DNA of 56,899 bases, counting the filler, from Jimgerdemannia flammicorona (taxonomy: Eukaryota), in assembly GCA_003990765.1 (NCBI GenBank). It is 3 parts of 3 records of this genome, joined end to end, with 100 filler letters (N's around TTAATTAATTAA, not from the genome) between each part and the next. Parts side by side here need not be neighbours in the genome. Positions count along the whole stretch, not along the records: positions 38,002 to 56,899 come from RBNJ01002079.1; 2 more parts are not named here. The stretch is one strand, 5' to 3'. The stretch's first letter is position 1; each line of letters starts with the position of its first letter. Shown piece by piece: positions 51,349 to 56,899 of the stretch. The notes under the pieces are model-generated. The model made no database searches, had not been told where the DNA came from, and saw only the letters and a program-made list of their open reading frames with translations. Made by a program: the position numbers and the translations under genes.

Positions 51349-51718
51349 TAGTGCTCCCAAATGAGTCGAATCAATTTGAATCGAATCGAATTGAGGGTTA
51401 AACAAGTTGAATCAAATTGAGGGTCTGATTCAAACCCTAATTTTCAAAATGCAATAACTCAGCGTAAACTCATCCAAATCTAATGTACTTTAGCTTGTTA
51501 GAATCACATTAATATGGTGAATCTAACAAGCTAAAAACGTTAAATTTAGATGAGTTTTCATTGAGTTATTACATTTTGAAAATTAAGGTTTGAATCAAAC
51601 TTCGAATTGAATTGGACCTTTGATTCGATTCAAATTGAATCAAATTGGACCCTTGATTCGATTGAATCGAATCAAGTTTGGGCCAAATTCGATTTGATTC
51701 GATTCATTGGGAGTACTA
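51349..51718. mobile_element. Fold-back hAT-type MITE (370 bp)
   Basis: TIR TAGTGCTCCCAA / TTGGGAGTACTA; 8-bp TSD GTCATTAC at 51341-51348 and 51719-51726; near-complete palindrome centred near 51512. Confidence 0.9.
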
Positions 51719-52382
51719 GTCATTACTAGTATTTAGATAAAAAGAAAAGTAATTACCTCAAGACTTGCTAATTATTCAGTATTAGAAGGATCCCAACCAG
51801 AAACCAGTATAATACAGAATCCTCAACTAGTACCAACAGACTTATTACCAAGAGACTTGACCCAATCAGACCAATTAGATAATATAGACAGCTCTACTAG
51901 AAACTTCAATAAGTTTGTATAAAAACTTGAAAATCTCATTATACAATCTCAGTTCTCCTCAAAAACTCCACCAGTCTCCCTATTGAACTACTATCAGGAC
52001 TAGTAACTATAGAACTAAAAGGACTAGAAATAGCCTCTTCAAGAATATCCAGACCTACTGTACTTTGTCCAAGATCAATAATACTATTTTCAGGATATCT
52101 AAGCATCTCAAGCTCTAGCAATAACTCAGAAAGTAAATCAGAATCAAAATTAAAACCAGAATCAAAACCAGAAGACAGTGATAATGAAATAACTATCTCA
52201 ATGACAATCTTTACAGAATATCCAGAAGAAGACTCAAGAGAATTTCTTAATAGAATTGAATGAATTACAGCTCTAAAGAATCTCTCTACTTAGAGAAAAG
52301 TTACCATTTATAAGATCTAACTCAAAGAACCAGCCAAGAGAATTTTCAACTAAATAGTAAGTGATATATGTATATTCAGACC

Positions 52383-52998
52383 TTTTTTTATAGTCACAAG
52401 GACTTCTACTTTATTATTAAACTATCTATAATATACTAATACAAATGAGCTCTTTACCCAATTCCACTTAGAAACTCTCTCCTACTCTCACTATTTCTCC
52501 AAAACACTACCAACCCCTCTACTATCCCAATTCTCTCCCTACTCTTCTCAGATTTCTTCATCAATTACCTCTGATACCCTCTATCAGTACTTCTACCCCT
52601 CTACCACCCATTCAATAAATCTATTATTAGCCACTTCCATCTAGCCACTTTTACCCCCAAAGTCAACCAATTGACTCTTCTCAAATATATATAACTAATA
52701 TCTTACAAGCCTAATCCAAATCACTAGCACTCTTTCTAATATCAACCACTCATCTCCCAACTCCTCCACCAGCCTCCTCTAGAGGTTTCTCCACCTCTCT
52801 TCTGTCACTAACTCTGGTGGGTGTACTCTTAGCTATACCTCAATCTTCCTTTAAAAGTCACCCATTATCTCACAATCCCTTAGTCAATGTTCAGGAGTCT
52901 GTACCACTTCTCTCTTCTACCTGACATTCAAATACTTCTTATACTCCTGAGTACTACCTTCTATTAAGTGACCTGTCTGGTAGTTCAATATTACATTA
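52383..52998 (-). mobile_element. 5'-truncated LINE copy L5 (ORF2 C-terminus and poly(A))
   Basis: T-tract at 52383; TSD CAGACC(TT) at 52377 and 52999; NVILNYQTGHLIEG..QTPEH*LRDCEIMGDF matches the L3 ORF2 C-terminus. Confidence 0.8.
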
Positions 52999-54608
52999 CA
53001 GACCTTAGAATAGTCATTTATATAGTACTAATCTGAAAAGTAGAATATAAAGTCATGATTTACTAGTTTATTAAAAAATATATAGAAAATGAAATCCACT
53101 ACAAGGTCTAAGAATCCATTATAGGAATGAGAATGAATCTTAGAGAATCACTTGGAGTATTCTTTACTAAAATCTAGAAAAAAATATATATAGCTGAGTT
53201 CAATGCTACTAATTAAGATATTATAGATTTAATGACCTTCATAAATAGAATTTTTCCAAACATTACTCAGTATATCTATATCCTAGATATTAGAAAGTCT
53301 GAAGAATAAGTAGATATAGCTTAAGAATTTTTCAATATTAGACAAGTAATTACCTGGAGTGATCATAATAAAAAAGATAACAAAGAAGACCTCTTGGTCA
53401 AAATCCTATAAGAACTTCTTCAAAAATATGAAAAATCAGAAAAAGGAAAGCCAGCTAAGGAATGGAAAAAAGAGAGAAATAAAATCTAAGATCTCAACTC
53501 CAAGTTAGACTGATTGGTTGAAAAAATAAAAAAACTCACTATATGTGAAAATTGGAGCTATCAATAGGATAACAGAGGGTATATACTATAAAGAAACCAA
53601 GATTACTCATTCAGAGATAACAAGAGCTACTAGTTATAAGAAGAAAGAAAGTACCCAGTCTGAGATAGAGCCTAAGTTCAATGCTTCTACTATAGATAGT
53701 TTGAATATTATACTATAGAATATAACAATAGAAGAAATAATCAAAGAGACTCAGAACTACTAAATTGAAAGAATGAAACTCAGTACAAGAAGACTGAAGT
53801 CCACTTTGTCAAAGACTTTAAAGAAGAAGATAATAGTAAAGACTATAGTAATCTAAACCTATATCCAACTAAAATTATTATCAAGAAAACAGTCTATTCA
53901 GTTAAGAAAAGAAAGAGACCAGTAGAAAGACCATCCAGAAATATCAGTAGAAGAATTATCTAGAAAGAAAACAAAGAAGATAAAGAGGAGCAAGTTGAGA
54001 TATCTCTCAGATTTCTCTCATCTTTTGTCTAGAAAACAAATGAACTACTATCAGAAGATAAAGAAATAAAATAAGAAAAATAAGAGTCTATTGTTCCCAA
54101 TCTAAAAAGAAGTATACTCTGAAGACTATACTAAGAGACATCTATAATAAAGTCTGATAAAAGATTCAAGAAGCCAAGATAGAAGTCTCTCTCTTATAGT
54201 TTCTATAACTGATATCTGCTGGAGTTTAAACCAAACTATTGAGAACCACTAGATCTAGCATTGGTTAAGTCCCAATCTCACAATAAGAATCAGTAACAAC
54301 TACTATCTAGGCTGCAAAAAGATATATCAATATATATCTATATAGAGATATATATTAGAAGATAGAAGACAAAAATCCTCATTAATATAAAAATAGCTAT
54401 CTATATCATTGCTAAGTAATTTCTAAATACTCTCTAGTAGCCTATTGATAAATTATCTAATCTCAGCATTATAGTAACAGATAGAGCCCAAACTTAATCT
54501 CTTTAGAGAAGTATGAAATATTACTATCTCTCTTAGACACATTTAGTTCTCTATTCTAAAAGCTATTATCACCAAAGCTATTATCTATAATATAATCCTT
54601 GATATAAA

Positions 54609-55122
54609 TAGTACTCCTAAATGAATCAAATCAATTCAAATCAAATTGAATTAAGAGTGATTTAAATTAAATTAAATTAGAGATTTTTCAATTTCAATTG
54701 AGTTTAAATTAAATTAAGTTCAAATCAAATTAGAATTTAATTTGAATTATTTAAATCAAATTGAGGTCTGATTTGATTTGTAATTAAAAGTCAAACTTTA
54801 AAATATAATAACTTGACAAAAATATCTCCAAATTTGATATATTTTAGCTTTTTGAATTCATCTTAATAAGGCAAATCTAGTATAATAAATATTACTAAAT
54901 TTGGACATTTTTCTGTCAAGTTATTGAATTTTAAAAATTTAGGTTTGAATAAAAATTTGAATTAAATTGGACCTTGATTCAATTTGAATTGAATTGAATT
55001 GAGTCTCAATTTGATTTGAAGTTTTTGAATTAAATCAAATTGGGTTTTAATTTAATTTGAAGTTTTTGAATTGAATTAAATTTGGGTCCAATTTAATTCA
55101 ATTTGATTTATTAAGAGCATTA
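54609..55122. mobile_element. Fold-back hAT-type MITE (514 bp, older)
   Basis: TIR TAGTACTCCTAA / TTAAGAGCATTA; 8-bp TSD GATATAAA at 54601-54608 and 55123-55130; decayed GAATC/GATTC repeats. Confidence 0.88.
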
Positions 55123-56899
55123 GATATAAACTAGATGAAGGAAATAAATACAGTCATTGACATTCACCAATAAGTACTCAAATTTGACTATAGAGAAAAA
55201 AAGTACAGAATTAAGATAACTAGCTATAAGCAATTAAAGAAAAAGAAGAAGGTCATTATTCAGAAAGAGTATGTCAGTAGTAAAGAATCTACTATAGAGA
55301 AAGAAGAAAAATCTGAAAATAGAAATAATTCCAGACTTAATCCATAAATCAACTTGATAGATAATAGACCAGAAGATAATGTATGAGCTAAAGATACTAT
55401 CTCTATCACAATTAGAGCTATTGTAGAACAAGTCAAAGGATACTTTACCTATCTCAAAAGACATAAGTATTCTGAACATTCCTCCAAGATCATTGAAATA
55501 AGATATAGTCTGTTCTAAGTATAGAAAAAGAAAGAAAAAATATAACTACTCTCTGAAAATACCTATAACTGAAACTATAGAATAATAAGTAATTTAGAGT
55601 TAAGAAATATTTAATAAAGAAATCTCTAAACAAGAAGTTTCTGAATAGGAGGAACTTTCTGAATATATCTACTGAAATAATTCTTACTAGATATTACTAG
55701 AAGATAATAACTCCTGAAATATTAAAGATGGATTAAGCATAGTCACTATTGTCTTTTAACTAGAAAGATATTAATATTGAAAGGTCTTCTACTCTCTCTG
55801 AGACTATTGCTATCAGTATCACTTATTAGACCAGTAAGAAAGATAAAGATACTATAGATCAGAATCTCTAATTACAATTATATAGATAACTACTTTTAAG
55901 AAACTACTACAATATTGAAAAGATGAGCTAATAGATAAGGTCACTTTATCAAAACAGAAGTATAGCTCTTAGTTATACTTCCTTCAACTTATGATAGAAA
56001 TGGATTCTGATTCCCAAGACAATAAGAAGTTAATAATAAAGAACTATATTTTTAAGCAATAAGATATTGTTATTATGGAAAATATCTAGATTACTAAGAT
56101 TATATATATCAGAAGATTTACCTTAGTTATGATATTACTATACATATACTTAAGAAAAAAGATAACAGAGCTCATATCTAAAGAAGCCAGACTAAGAGAC
56201 TATAGAAGAAGACTCTCAAGATTTATAATTTAGGAGATGATATCTGAGCTCTCATTAGATATACAATCTGTCAAAGATGAATATAAAATATCATCAACTT
56301 CATAGAAGCCTTAGATCCTATAGGAAAAAGAGAAATTGATTATCTCCAAGACCCCTCTACTGGAGCTAGATAACTATACCTTAATCTTAGAGTCTGGGGG
56401 CTTATCTTTACTAGAATCTCAGCCCAAGGATAATCTGAACCCAATGAAGATATTATCTAGTATATCTTACTATATTCTAAGGTCAAACTCTCAATTAAAG
56501 CTATCTTCATAGTCTTTGAGATAAATCTATTAAGTCTAGAAAAATAATAGTACTTAGTATAGAACTAACTATATAATTATCTAAAAGAACCTATATCTAA
56601 CTAATCTTAAGATCTGAACTTACTAGATAAGAAATAACTATAAAAGGAGAAATAATAGACTCTTAAGATTATCCTAAACAATAGTAGTATAGAGTGAAAT
56701 CAAATTTATAAAGAACAAAAAATTATACAAGTAATCTTCATAAAGATCAAGAACCCCCAACTATAAGAGGTCTCTAAACTAACTCAAGGTATAAGATAAA
56801 CTAAAAGATTTAAAAGCTCAAAAAAGAAAGAAGTATACCTCCTCCAGATTAATTACTTCAAGAAGAATATTCCTTTTTTTTTTTTTTTTTTTTTTTTTT

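Larger units (their letters stand above)
50161..56873 (+). mobile_element. Older family A copy A2 (5' LTR 50161-51219, PBS, gag, PR, dUTPase), carrying two MITEs and a LINE fragment; cut at contig end
   Basis: Collinear with A1 14421 to about 8880 in reverse, with many more G>A/C>T changes. Confidence 0.85.

Overview
Eukaryotic, fungal-looking heterochromatin-type DNA made almost entirely of nested, C-to-T/G-to-A-decayed transposons; no host gene or RNA gene was recognised. The window is three separate contigs (1-18903, 19004-37901, 38002-56899; 18903, 18898 and 18898 bp) joined by 100-bp N44-TTAATTAATTAA-N44 spacers, so adjacency across the spacers is artificial. Contents: about six Ty3/Gypsy LTR-retrotransposon families (labelled A-F here), including two complete elements with paired LTRs, PBS, PPT and TSD (A1 4256-14421; chromodomain-bearing B2 24688-35121); five copies of one L1/Tx1-like LINE; and three fold-back hAT-type MITEs (8-bp TSDs visible on two). 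Main observation: five different LTR families each carry an apparently homologous, unannotated accessory ORF at their 3' end (shared pattern I-x2-[TD]I-x2-A[IM] ... Y-x-[IF]G-x2-L ... [KR]-x3-[LI][FY]). It lies between integrase and the LTR in families A, D and F, and inside the LTR in family B (about 365 codons, with PPxY motifs) and probably E. Three families also encode a dUTPase, at two different positions in the polyprotein, and family A has a Zn2Cys6-like cysteine cluster in Pol. All alignments were done by eye and need computational confirmation.
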